A DNA stretch of 31,416 bases from a virus (lineage: Duplodnaviria > Caudoviricetes): IMG/VR virus record IMGVR_UViG_3300025869_000056, positions 1 to 31,416 of that record; one strand, given 5' to 3'. This document shows, piece after piece, positions 15,882-27,000 of this stretch. The position numbers were made by a program, and so were the translations under genes. Position 1 is the first letter of the stretch; every line of letters begins with the position of its first letter. Below the pieces are notes generated by a model. It saw nothing but the letters and a program-made list of their open reading frames with translations. It ran no database searches and was not told where the DNA came from.

Positions 15882-17143
15882 TGGCGAATGACCATCAAGT
15901 TACAATAGGACATTTAAGTTTTACTTCTCCACAGTCCTTATCTCATAGTGCAATGGACGGAACTAGAGATTTAACAATTAGCGGTATTCTTGCTCATACA
16001 AACGCTACTGGTCTTGATGTCGAAGAAGTAAAGTATATTAGAAATGAATTAGAATCTATGGCTAAGAATGGACACTTCCATCCTTTTACTTATACAGGTG
16101 ATACAGCACTTAAGGGTTATGTAAGAGTTAATTCTTCTGATGTAACTATAAATAGATATGGCGGAGCAGGTTTTGGTTATAACATTTCACTAGCTTATTT
16201 AGGTAACCCGGGTGAGATACGATTTGAATCACAGTTTTCTGGAGCTATATTAGAAAATAATCATAGTGTGAGTTCTACTGATTCACAATTCTTCTCTCCT
16301 CCGAGCGGAGCATTCTCAGTACATATACCAGCAGTTGGTACAGGTACATCTCCTTCTGTTGAAGAAAGAATAGCTGAACATGGTACATCAACTACTACAA
16401 TGCAGTTTTTCTCTGGTAGTAATATTAGAAGTAATAATATAGAGTTTGAATGTAATCCAGAAGATTATTTAAAGGGTGCAGTCAAAATATCAACAAACGG
16501 AAAAGTAAGAAATGGCTTACTAAGTCCTAACCTCAATGTTGACCAAGCAACTATAGAAAACGGATTAGTTAAATTTACTTTGACTAATAGCAATACAGAA
16601 TCAAGATTTACAGTTTCTCTTTGGGAAAACGACGACTATCGTAGCGTAAAAGAATTCGCAGTTAGTAAGGGTTCTTCTCAAACAGAGTGGGATGGATGGA
16701 ACACAGTACAAATAATTAAAAATTATGCTGAGTGTGGAACTTTAAGGTTCACATCACAAGCAAATACTGATGGTAGTGGTAGGTTAACGTTTGATGTATC
16801 GTTAAGAAGAGGCGCAAGATTTTTTAGTATTGTGATAAACTCTTATGGTACAGCCGATGAAATACATTTAGAGAGAACAACAGCAGAGGCTAGTACTGCT
16901 GGGACAGGTTATATAGTATCTTCAAGCAATGATTCTGAAGGTAACTATTTCATCTTAGGCTCTCCAACTACCTTTAGTACAGACTTGACTAATGGTGGTA
17001 TACACCTTACGGGAACTCAGATGAAAGCTTTTCTAGGTTATGTTCTAGATGGTTCTTCAGCAGCTGGACAAAATACAGCAGATAATATGCGTGACGCATA
17101 TCTGGACAGCATATATGAGTACGTAAGGATAATTAAGTCATGA
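15881..17143 (+). CDS. Minor tail protein (distal-tail position)
   Basis: Beta-rich Ser/Thr protein between tape measure and hub. Start reassigned to ATG 15881 because of SD AAGGAG and the TAATG overlap. Confidence 0.75.
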   Translation: MANDHQVTIGHLSFTSPQSLSHSAMDGTRDLTISGILAHTNATGLDVEEVKYIRNELESMAKNGHFHPFTYTGDTALKGYVRVNSSDVTINRYGGAGFGYNISLAYLGNPGEIRFESQFSGAILENNHSVSSTDSQFFSPPSGAFSVHIPAVGTGTSPSVEERIAEHGTSTTTMQFFSGSNIRSNNIEFECNPEDYLKGAVKISTNGKVRNGLLSPNLNVDQATIENGLVKFTLTNSNTESRFTVSLWENDDYRSVKEFAVSKGSSQTEWDGWNTVQIIKNYAECGTLRFTSQANTDGSGRLTFDVSLRRGARFFSIVINSYGTADEIHLERTTAEASTAGTGYIVSSSNDSEGNYFILGSPTTFSTDLTNGGIHLTGTQMKAFLGYVLDGSSAAGQNTADNMRDAYLDSIYEYVRIIKS

Positions 17144-20100
17144 GTGTAAATGAAAAGTTAATGGCTCCCGGTACGTTTAATGTGTACCTCAGCTTAGAAA
17201 CAACACCCAATTCAATCTTAAATACAATAACTCCTTGGGGTAATATTGTTTTAACTTCTACACGAGTAAATCCTTCAGAGTTTACTGACGCACAACTTAG
17301 AGATATGGCTAGGTATGTTGGTATTGTACAAAATCAAGCAATTACAGAAGAAGGCATAGAAATTGCAGGTATAGGTATTCTTGGATATCTAGGTGATACT
17401 GATTCAAGAGGAATGGTATTAGCTAGAAATGCAGGGGTTGGTGCTGTTAGGTCTTACACCAGAGATACTCTTGACGATGTTTTAGATAGAAGCGGTTCAA
17501 CACCTTATGGTATTTTACGTGGAGAAGACGCTACACAGAAAGCAGTAAGAAAAGGTTCTGTTGTAGAAGTACAGTATGATGATACAGTTTTACTTTTAAA
17601 TTATGAAGGTAGTAATGGAGATACAACTACTTCTGATGGTTCTGTATTTACATCTAATCAACTTGTAACTTTTAGTGGTACTGCTGATATATCAACAGAC
17701 CAAGCACAATTTGGTAGTACAAGTCTTAATTTAACTACAGACGGATTTGTTACTGTAGCTGATAGACCAGAATTAGATTTAACTTATCAAGAGTTTACTT
17801 GTGAGTGGTATGAATATAGAACATCATCTAGTGGTAATCCTACCGTATGGGCTAGAAACAACGATACATATTCACCATGGATATTCGGTAAAGCCGTTAA
17901 CGGAAGAAACAAAGCTTTTATTACTCACGATGGTAATGGATACGGAACAGGTGATGACTTAAATATGGATATGGGTTCTATTGATTTAAACCAATGGAAT
18001 CACTTTGCTATATCACACAAGGGTGATTTATTTAGAACATTTAAAAATGGAGTACAAGTAGCAGAAGTAGATAGACCAGATTTGTTTGTTAGAGTAAGTT
18101 CTGATTCTTTACAAATTGGTAAAGGACAAGACGGAAACTTTTTTGAAGGTTATCTTGATGGAATGGTTATTACTAGAGGTAACGCAAAGTATTGGGACGC
18201 ATTTCCCCTTAGTGCTTCTGCACCTACAGCTACTACAGAGAACAAAACATATACAGGTAAGCATTACATGGAATCAGCTTACAAGTCTTTAAAAACAATT
18301 TGTACATCTTTAGACGCAGAATTTAAAATGCAGAATGACGGTACTATTGATGTAGGACCTCGTACTTCATTATTTACAGGTCACGAAGATAGTGAACCTA
18401 CTGGAATGATTGTAAGAAGACTATCTGGTTTAGACGCAGGTGTTAAAGGTTATTCTGGTGCAGACTTAAAAACAGAGTTTAGCGCAGAAGACTTTGTTAG
18501 TCGTGTCGAGCTAATCGCTTCTAACTATGGTAAAGAAATAAACTTGGGACAAGCAGACGCAAAAGATAACCCTTACAAAGATTTACACGGTAATGAATTA
18601 GAAAGAATACAGATACTCTCTGAGAATGAAGTACCAGACTCTATGCGTAATATTAGAGCAGAAGCATACCTAAATGAATACAACAAAGTTCAGAGAACTT
18701 TATCTGTAGGCCTAGAAGACTATGACTTATCTGGAGATATAGGAGTAGGAGATGTTATCTTTGTCTTTGACCCAGAGGTTGGTTTCGAAGATACACAAGA
18801 TGAGGCTACATTAGAAAACAGAGATAGGCACGAGATAGCTTATCAAGGACAAATTTTAAACCCTGTCAAGATTCGTGTTATGGGTCTCTCATTCCCTATT
18901 TCAGACAGTATGGGAGTGTTTTACAGAAATAGTGAAGGAGTCTATACAGATTTAACAGACTATGTGTCTTTTGAGTCTGGAGTAACACAGGTAGAAGTAG
19001 GTTCTACAAGTCCTAATATAAACGAAGACCTTAGAGCCTCAGCCTCAGTAATTGCGGTTGGAGGTACGAATGAGTTTACAGTACCAGACGCACCTACAAG
19101 TTTTGCAGCTGCTAGTGGTACTTATCAAGACGGAGCAGGTAGACCTTTTGCTTTTGCTAAATTAACTTGGAACGAACCAACAAACACAGATGGCTCAAGA
19201 ATTACTGATGGTAATATGTATCGAGTTAGATACAGACAAGTTACAGATGTTGACGGAAACAATCTTATTGATAGTAATGACAATCAAGTTACTGACTATG
19301 AATATTTAACAGTAGAGTTTGGTACAACTGCTGTAGTTATAAAAGGTTTAGGTCCAAACAACACTTATGAGTTTGGTGTTGCCTGTATTGACAACTCTGG
19401 TTTTTCTGGAGGATTTGCTGTCATTACTGCTTCACAAATGCCTGCCGACGCAACTATACCACCCGAACCAACAGCTCCAACAGGGTCTTTTGGTTCTATT
19501 GCTGCTAGTGCAACTAAAGTACAAATAACACATAAACTTGGTGCTGCAAAAACTGTTGCTGGTGCAGTTATATCTAGCCCTTCAAACTTTACTTTACCAA
19601 GAGATATAGACCACTTAAATGTTTATCGTGGTCTGACATCAAGCTTTACAATTAGTTCTACTAACTTTGTTGGTGAGATAGCTGCTAGAGCTGGACACAT
19701 TGACGGAAGTATTCCTGCAATAGCAACATTTGCTGCCTCAACCGCTGGTACTGCTTTTTATAGAGTTACAGCTGTTGACGTAGCAGGTAATGAGTCTGAC
19801 CCATCTACCGCAGTACAAGTAGAAGAAGAATTAATATCTACAGCATTTATTGATGACGCAACAATTACTACCGCAAAGATTGGTGACTTAGCAGTTACAG
19901 ACGCAAAGATAGATACACTTACTGCTGCAAAAATAACAGCAGGAACTATTAGCGGTAAAGAAATTATTATAGATACAGATAGTTCTGACCCTTCAAATCC
20001 AGTACTCGGAACAATAAGAAGTGATAACTATATTACAGGTAATGCTGGTTGGATTATAAAGTCTGACGGTTCTGTTGAGTTTGAGACAGGTACATTTAGA

Positions 20101-21675
20101 GGAGATTTAGACGCAGCTGGAGGTAGTTTTTCTGGAAACTTAAGTGCAGCAGGAGGTAACTTCACAGGAACACTTTCTGGTGTAGATGGTAACTTTACAG
20201 GAACAATTACTGCAAATCAAATATCTGGTGGAACTATTAACGCTGACATTTTAGATGGTGGAACAATAGATGGTTCAAGTATAAATCTAGGTAGCGGAAC
20301 ATTTACAGTAGATACTAACGGAGCTATGGTTGCTTCATCTGCGACTATCGCAGGAACAATAAATGCTAACTCTGGAACTATTGGTGGAACAAGTATAAAT
20401 GCAAATACTTTAGAGGGTAGTTTTGATACAAACAATTCAACAGGTTACCAACTAACTTCAAATGCTGCAACATTTCATGATGTCACTATTACAGGTACAG
20501 TGACTGGTGCAAGCCTTGATGGAACTATAGCCGGAACAATAGCTACTGCTAACTCTGGACAAAGGGTTGAAATATCAAGTGGCGCTAGTGAAATAATTCA
20601 GTTTTATAGCAACAATGGTCAATCCGGATATATAGCAGATGTATCTGGAGATTTAACATTACAAGCAGAAATGAACTCAGCCGTTGCATTATCTGGTGGA
20701 ACAAATGGAATAAAATGGTCTGGTCCTGCATTTTTTGAAGATGGTGGTAGTTACTCAAATACAACAAATACAAACTTTGTTGTAAGAGCTACTGCAAATG
20801 GTAAACCATATTGGGGAAGCGTTCCTGCAAGTGCAGGTGTTACAGCTTTACAGGTAAATAGCAATATGTTATCTCTTTCTGGTGGTAATACAGGTTCTTT
20901 AGTTATAGGAGATAACCATACAAGTAGTCATCATGCTAGTTCTGACCATACAGGAAATGGTAATACCAACTTAGCAACTCTTGCTTACGTAAACTCAAGA
21001 GGTTTTGGATTTGGTAATTCTAACTTAGGTAGCCATGATAATGGTTCCCATAATGTTGCTTACGGAACAGGTAATGGTAATGGTAGCTCCAATATAACAG
21101 TAGCACAGGTAAATGGATTTGTTGATGACAACTTTAAAGTTAACAGTGGGTATAACCATGCTCAATCTACACATAACAATGGTAATGGTAACGGCAATAT
21201 GAACCAAACAAACCACTTTAATTCAAATATATCTGTAAGTAGTCACTTTCATCCCAACACAATTATTCACGATTCAAGATTACTAAATGTTAATGCAAAT
21301 ACTGTTCCGGGTATAAATTTTGTTAATAGATTAAATCCAGTTCAATCAAACTTTATAGGAAATGTACAAACTAAATTAACTGATAAAGAAAATATATCTG
21401 GTTTTATTACTGACCATTTAGAAGCCACTGCATTTACATTAACAGCACAAGATGTAGAACAAGCACTTGCTGATGATGGTCATACCGGTGAATATGCAAT
21501 ATATTTAGATAATGTTGATTACTATACGGAAGAACATGGTGAAGATTTACCAGAAGGTGAGACTGTAAAAGGTTTCTCACAGGAACACATGATTCCAGTA
21601 TTAGTACAAGCAATCCAAGATTTATCTGCTAAGATAGATTTACTAGAAGATAGAATAACAACCTTGGAGGGTTAA
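17140..21675 (+). CDS. Baseplate hub / central tail fibre with LamG-like, FN3 and C-terminal intramolecular chaperone-like domains
   Basis: LamG-like region (LNQWNHFAISH...FEGYLDGMVIT), FN3 motifs (LTWNEP...YRVRYR...YEFGV; YRVTAVDVAGNES), ITTAKI repeats, and a C-terminal AQDVE...LVQAIQDL. Confidence 0.85.
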   Translation: MSVNEKLMAPGTFNVYLSLETTPNSILNTITPWGNIVLTSTRVNPSEFTDAQLRDMARYVGIVQNQAITEEGIEIAGIGILGYLGDTDSRGMVLARNAGVGAVRSYTRDTLDDVLDRSGSTPYGILRGEDATQKAVRKGSVVEVQYDDTVLLLNYEGSNGDTTTSDGSVFTSNQLVTFSGTADISTDQAQFGSTSLNLTTDGFVTVADRPELDLTYQEFTCEWYEYRTSSSGNPTVWARNNDTYSPWIFGKAVNGRNKAFITHDGNGYGTGDDLNMDMGSIDLNQWNHFAISHKGDLFRTFKNGVQVAEVDRPDLFVRVSSDSLQIGKGQDGNFFEGYLDGMVITRGNAKYWDAFPLSASAPTATTENKTYTGKHYMESAYKSLKTICTSLDAEFKMQNDGTIDVGPRTSLFTGHEDSEPTGMIVRRLSGLDAGVKGYSGADLKTEFSAEDFVSRVELIASNYGKEINLGQADAKDNPYKDLHGNELERIQILSENEVPDSMRNIRAEAYLNEYNKVQRTLSVGLEDYDLSGDIGVGDVIFVFDPEVGFEDTQDEATLENRDRHEIAYQGQILNPVKIRVMGLSFPISDSMGVFYRNSEGVYTDLTDYVSFESGVTQVEVGSTSPNINEDLRASASVIAVGGTNEFTVPDAPTSFAAASGTYQDGAGRPFAFAKLTWNEPTNTDGSRITDGNMYRVRYRQVTDVDGNNLIDSNDNQVTDYEYLTVEFGTTAVVIKGLGPNNTYEFGVACIDNSGFSGGFAVITASQMPADATIPPEPTAPTGSFGSIAASATKVQITHKLGAAKTVAGAVISSPSNFTLPRDIDHLNVYRGLTSSFTISSTNFVGEIAARAGHIDGSIPAIATFAASTAGTAFYRVTAVDVAGNESDPSTAVQVEEELISTAFIDDATITTAKIGDLAVTDAKIDTLTAAKITAGTISGKEIIIDTDSSDPSNPVLGTIRSDNYITGNAGWIIKSDGSVEFETGTFRGDLDAAGGSFSGNLSAAGGNFTGTLSGVDGNFTGTITANQISGGTINADILDGGTIDGSSINLGSGTFTVDTNGAMVASSATIAGTINANSGTIGGTSINANTLEGSFDTNNSTGYQLTSNAATFHDVTITGTVTGASLDGTIAGTIATANSGQRVEISSGASEIIQFYSNNGQSGYIADVSGDLTLQAEMNSAVALSGGTNGIKWSGPAFFEDGGSYSNTTNTNFVVRATANGKPYWGSVPASAGVTALQVNSNMLSLSGGNTGSLVIGDNHTSSHHASSDHTGNGNTNLATLAYVNSRGFGFGNSNLGSHDNGSHNVAYGTGNGNGSSNITVAQVNGFVDDNFKVNSGYNHAQSTHNNGNGNGNMNQTNHFNSNISVSSHFHPNTIIHDSRLLNVNANTVPGINFVNRLNPVQSNFIGNVQTKLTDKENISGFITDHLEATAFTLTAQDVEQALADDGHTGEYAIYLDNVDYYTEEHGEDLPEGETVKGFSQEHMIPVLVQAIQDLSAKIDLLEDRITTLEG

Positions 21676-21885
21676 ATGGCTTACGAAGACTTTAAGTTCT
21701 TTATTCCAGTAGAAAAAACTGCTGAAGAACAGCTTGAATACCTAAGAAACGATATATTTTCTTTAGAAGCTAGTTATCATAAGTTGCCTGCAACTGAAGA
21801 TTATGATAAAGATAGAGAAATAGTTGAAGCTCAGATTATGGCTAAGCGTCAGGAATTTGAAGATTTAGGTGGAAGTTACGAGTAA
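21676..21885 (+). CDS. Small helical hypothetical protein (probable paralog of 22674..22958)
   Basis: SD GGAGG; 69 aa. Confidence 0.8.
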   Translation: MAYEDFKFFIPVEKTAEEQLEYLRNDIFSLEASYHKLPATEDYDKDREIVEAQIMAKRQEFEDLGGSYE

Positions 21886-21889
21886 CTAA

Positions 21890-22648
21890 ATGAAATTTGG
21901 CTTAGGAGGAAAGCAATTCATTGAATTTTCTACAGATGTAGAAGGACTCGAACGAGTAGCTCCAGTACAAAAATCTACACACTTTACACCTCAATGGTTT
22001 AAAGAAATGAAAGATTATATACCCCAACAACCAACACCGGATGGAAGTGTTCCCGGTAGATATGGTAAATCAGAAGAAACTTCTAAAAAATGGTCTAGTG
22101 GTACTGTGAAACGTTGTCCTGCAATAATAGACCTAATTACAGAGGGATTTATTATACCAATGTGGTGTGACTTTTTATTGCAAAGAGATAATCAAATACT
22201 TGAATACGACAATAAAAATTTTCCTTATGGTATTGAATTTCACAATAATCAACAAATACACAACTGGAAATTAAAAAAAGGTGATTTTAGAGAAGGTGTA
22301 AAGTTTAACAATCCGTGGAGAATATATACACCACCCGGATATTCAGTAATGTTTATAGCTCCTTATTACCAGTTTGAACAAAGATTTACAGTATTGCCCG
22401 GAATAGTAGAAACAGACAGTTATCATCATATAAACTTTCCTACAATAATGCATACTAAAAAAGATACAATTATAGAGAGAGGTACACCATTTATACAAGT
22501 TATACCTTTTAAAAGAGATGATTGGAACTTTGATGTGTCAACAATGACACCAGAACAAACTAAAGCTGACAGGTCAGAAAAACTAGAATTATCTACAAAA
22601 TTCAAGAACTCATATAGAAACATAACCCGAAGATTAAGTTCTAAATAG
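21890..22648 (+). CDS. DUF6065-like / dUTPase-fold-like protein of aquatic phage tail regions
   Basis: Motifs PQWFK, TVKRCP, KFNNPWRIYTPPGYS, GIVETD and RGTPFIQVIPFKR. Family name is recalled, not searched. Confidence 0.6.
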   Translation: MKFGLGGKQFIEFSTDVEGLERVAPVQKSTHFTPQWFKEMKDYIPQQPTPDGSVPGRYGKSEETSKKWSSGTVKRCPAIIDLITEGFIIPMWCDFLLQRDNQILEYDNKNFPYGIEFHNNQQIHNWKLKKGDFREGVKFNNPWRIYTPPGYSVMFIAPYYQFEQRFTVLPGIVETDSYHHINFPTIMHTKKDTIIERGTPFIQVIPFKRDDWNFDVSTMTPEQTKADRSEKLELSTKFKNSYRNITRRLSSK

Positions 22649-22673
22649 TATCATTGATTCTAGGGAGAATCAT

Positions 22674-22958
22674 ATGACCGAAGATACCACTAATCCTAAA
22701 AAGGAAACATTTGAATATAAACTACTCTCACACGGGGATAAATTGTCTATGGTTTTAGAAGGTATGTTTAATATGGAACAAGCTTTATTTCAACATAATA
22801 TGAATAAACTCTCCGAGACACATTCCGATTATGATGAATGGAAATCTACTGATAAAGACATTAAAAAGGAAATAATGAGACTGCGTTTTGTATATGAAAA
22901 AATGGGAGGGAACTGGGAGAATACTCAAGAATTTGATGAGTATGGAGAACCCGTATAA
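22674..22958 (+). CDS. Small helical hypothetical protein
   Basis: SD AGGGAG; 94 aa. Confidence 0.8.
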   Translation: MTEDTTNPKKETFEYKLLSHGDKLSMVLEGMFNMEQALFQHNMNKLSETHSDYDEWKSTDKDIKKEIMRLRFVYEKMGGNWENTQEFDEYGEPV

Positions 22959-24097
22959 TGGCCCAGACTGAAAATACACATACTACGGAAGAAATGGCTA
23001 CGAGTACGTCGTATACGTACACTTTTCAAGGTTTTCAAACTGAAAATTACACAACAAAAATAGAATCTCAACAAGACATACTTTACCTAGATGGTAAGTC
23101 TGTTATATCTGATGGTGCTTTATCTTTAGGTACTTCAACAAACAATCCTGTATATTTAGGTGCAGACTCTACAGCTTATGTAAAGCTTGAAACAGATGGT
23201 ACTCTCAATCTACTATCTGGTAAATTATCTATAAATAGTGATACAGGTTCAGTAGGACAAGTATTATCTACAGATGGTAGTGGTAATTTATCTTGGCTTA
23301 CAGTAGATTACACACAATTTGCTTTTTCTAATCTAGCTGTATCTGGAGAAACAACAGTACAAGCTGATTCAACAAATGATACTTTAACCTTTGCTGAAGG
23401 CTCTGGTATAAATATTACAACTTCGGGTAGTACAGTAACTATTGCTAGTGATACTTCTGCACATAATGCCTTTAAATATATATCACCACTAGATGGAGCG
23501 GGTTCAACTTCTGGTAGTCAAATAGAAGCAGATAGTCAAAGTGACACACTTACTTTTGTTGCTGGTTCTGGAATGACACTTACATTCGATGAAAACAATG
23601 ACAAAATTACATTTGCTGCCTCTCAAACAGGTGATACAAATCAAAATGCTTTTTCTTCTATTAGTGTTAGCGGTCAATCAACATTAGGTGCTTCACAAAC
23701 TAGTGAGACAGTAACATTTGATTCTACTACTGATAGAAACGAATTGGACATTACAACAGATACTTCAAATAAAAAAGTTACCTTCAAAGCTAAGTTACCA
23801 AGAACTTTAAGTATGAGTGGTAGAATACCAACAAGGCTAAGTGACGGAAGTATATCTGGAATGCCTCTCAAAAATCACTTCTTTAACCAAACAGTTAGCG
23901 GTGTTAACGTAAGTGGTGGAGGTTCATCAGTAGGTTTTAGCGCTAGAGCAGTTGTTTGTAAAGAAGCAAATGGTACTACTCATAAAATAACTATGCCTGC
24001 GTCCGGTGACAACAGCTTACTATTCTCTCTGGGTGAAAATTCGTCTGGAAGTTCACTTGGAACACTAGAAATAGATATGACAGAAAGTAATTTATAA
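22958..24097 (+). CDS. Tail fibre-related structural protein with three internal repeats
   Basis: Three AF..I.VSG....AD...DTLTF..G.G..IT-type repeats and GQVLSTDGSGNLSW. Confidence 0.8.
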   Translation: MAQTENTHTTEEMATSTSYTYTFQGFQTENYTTKIESQQDILYLDGKSVISDGALSLGTSTNNPVYLGADSTAYVKLETDGTLNLLSGKLSINSDTGSVGQVLSTDGSGNLSWLTVDYTQFAFSNLAVSGETTVQADSTNDTLTFAEGSGINITTSGSTVTIASDTSAHNAFKYISPLDGAGSTSGSQIEADSQSDTLTFVAGSGMTLTFDENNDKITFAASQTGDTNQNAFSSISVSGQSTLGASQTSETVTFDSTTDRNELDITTDTSNKKVTFKAKLPRTLSMSGRIPTRLSDGSISGMPLKNHFFNQTVSGVNVSGGGSSVGFSARAVVCKEANGTTHKITMPASGDNSLLFSLGENSSGSSLGTLEIDMTESNL

Positions 24098-27000
24098 TGG
24101 CCGCAAAAAGCCCAATTAGGTATGTATTCGATACAGATGGTAACGTATCCGAATTTTCAGAGTTTCAAGCTACGGACTTTATTTCAATAAGTGATGGTGG
24201 TACAGGTGCTATAACTGCTTCAGCTGCTAGAACAGCTCTTGGATTAGAAATCGGAACAGATATTCAAGGTTATGACGCAGAATTACAAGCTTTATCTGGG
24301 TTAACTCCAACCGACGGAAACTTTATTGTTGGTAATGGAAGTACTTTTATTATGGAGTCTGGCTCCACAGTTAGAGACTCTTTAGGATTAGGTACTTCTG
24401 ATTCTGTAGAATTTAACACCATACAAACTGCTAACTTAACAATAGGTGGTCCTTCCTTAACATTAGAGGGTGCTACTAATGATTCCTTTGAATCTACATT
24501 AGTAGTAACAGACCCGACTGCCGACCGAACAATAACTTTTCAAGACGCGACTGGAACGGTTGCTTTATTATCTGATGTAACAGCACAAGATGTTGATTTT
24601 GCAGGTGATACAGGAACTGGTGCAGTAGATTTAGACTCACAAACTTTTACAATTCAAGGTACTACTAACGAAATAGAAACTAGTGCTAGTGGTCAGATTT
24701 TGACAGTTGGTTTACCAGACAACGTCACAGTAGGTAATAATCTTACTGTAACAGGTAACTTGACTGTATCTGGTACACAAACAATTCTTAATACTGAAAC
24801 ATTAACAGTAGACGATAACACAATAGTCTTAAATAATAATGTAACTGGTTCTCCTAGTGAAAACGCAGGTATAGAAATTGAAAGAGGAACATCCTCTAAT
24901 AAATCATTGCTCTGGGATGAAACAAATGATTACTGGACAGTATCTTCAGAATCTTTTGTTGCTTCTACTTTTATAGGTAACTTAACAGGAAATGTAACTG
25001 GTAATGTTACAGGGAACGTAACTGGAGATTTAACTGGAGATGTTACAGGTGATGTTACTGGAGACGTAACAGGAAACCTTACAGGAAACGTAACTGGAAA
25101 CTTAACTGGAGATACAACAGGTAATGTTACTGCTACTTCTGTACTTGCAGATGGTGTAACAGCTACTACTCAATCTGCTAGCGATAACAGTACTAAAGTT
25201 GCAACTACGGCTTATGTTGATTCTCAAGTAGCAACCGAAGATACATTAGCAGAAATGAACGATGTAACACTTACAAGTTCACAAAATGGAGATTTTTTAA
25301 GATACAACGGAAGCGTATGGATTAATGACGCTGTTGATTTAGCAACTGATACTGTAGGAGATTTCGTACAAAGCATAACAGCTGGTACTGGTATATCAGT
25401 AGATGTTACTTCCGGAGAAGCACAAACACCTACAATTACTTTATCAGCAGGTTTAAATGATTTATCAGATATTACTTTAACTTCTACAGCTACAGGAGAT
25501 ATTCTTAGATACAACGGTTCAGCTTTTGTAAACGAACCACTTAACTTAGGTACTGATACTGAAGGTGCTTACGTTGCAAGTCTTGTTGCTGGTACAGGTA
25601 TAGACCTTTCTAACAATACTGGAGAAACAGCAACACCAACTATTACAGTTGATTTAGGTGACTTTAGTACTTCTGACTTAGCTGAAGGTACTAATCTTTA
25701 TTACACAACTACTAGATTTGATACTGCTTTTACAGGTAAAGATACTGGTGACTTGTCTGAAGGAACTAACCTATATTATACAGACGCAAGAGCAGACGCT
25801 AGAATTGCTGCCGCTACAACAGATGATTTAACAGAAGGTAGCAACTTATATTTTACCTCAGAAAGAGTAGATGATAGAGTCGCAGCTTTATTGGTTGATT
25901 CTACATCAAGCGGAATAGATATAAGCTATGACGACACTAATAATCAACTTACTTTAACTGTAGATTTACCAGAAGTAGAGGACGCACTCGAAGATATTGT
26001 AAACGGCCTTGTTGTTGGTGGAACAGGTATAACATCTACTTATGATGATACTGCTGGAACTTTAACTTTAACAATACCTCAAGAAGTAGGAACATCAAGC
26101 GATGTAACTTTTAATCAAGTTACTGCTGACTTAGTTGGTAATGTCACAGGAAATGTTACTGGTAACGTAACTGGTACTGTATCCTCAATAACCAACCACG
26201 ACACAGATTCTTTAACAGAAGGCTCAACTAACTTATACTTCACTAATGCAAGAGCAAGAGGTGCGGTATCAGCTACTGATTCTGGAGGAGATGGTTCATT
26301 TAGTTATGATAGCTCTACAGGTGCATTCACATACACTGGACCATCTGCTTCAGAAGTCAGAGCTCATATAACAGGCGGTACAGGTGTAACAATATCATCT
26401 GGTGAAATCGCAATAGGTCAGTCAGTTGGAACTTCTGACAATGTTACTTTCAATAATATAGACGCAGACGGCAACGTAGTAATTGACGGAAACTTAACTG
26501 TATCTGGAACTACTACAACTGTTGATACAGAAACTATTAACCTTGCGGACAATGTTATAACCCTTAATTCTAATGCTACAGGTTCAGCTACACAAAATGG
26601 TGGACTTGAGATAGAAAGAGGAGATGATAGTAATAAGACTTTACTTTGGAACGAAACAGACGATAAATGGACTGTTGGTTCTGAGACATTTGTAGCAGGG
26701 ACTTTTGAAGGAGCCTTGACAGGCAATGTCACAGGTACTGTGTCAAGTATTAGTAATCACGATACTGATAGCTTAAGTGAAGGCTCCACCAACCTTTATT
26801 ACACTGACGCAAGAGTTTCTACTTACTTAACAGGTGGAACAGGAATTACAGAATCATCTGGAGCTCTTAGCATAGACTTTACAGAGTTTGATACAGATAA
26901 TGTTGTAGAAGGTACTAGTAACCTATTCCATACTGCTGCACGAGCAAGAGTAGCTTTATCTGGAAGCACAGGTATAACTTATGACAATAGCACAGGTGCT

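Noticed and set aside
20910-21270. AAY-rich segment as a diversity-generating retroelement template or variable repeat
   Set aside because: No second copy differing only at adenines, and no reverse transcriptase in the window.
22999-23020. Cluster of TACG/CGTA inverted repeats (GTACGT-cgtat-ACGTAC)
   Set aside because: Short, inside coding sequence and single occurrence; cannot be distinguished from chance.
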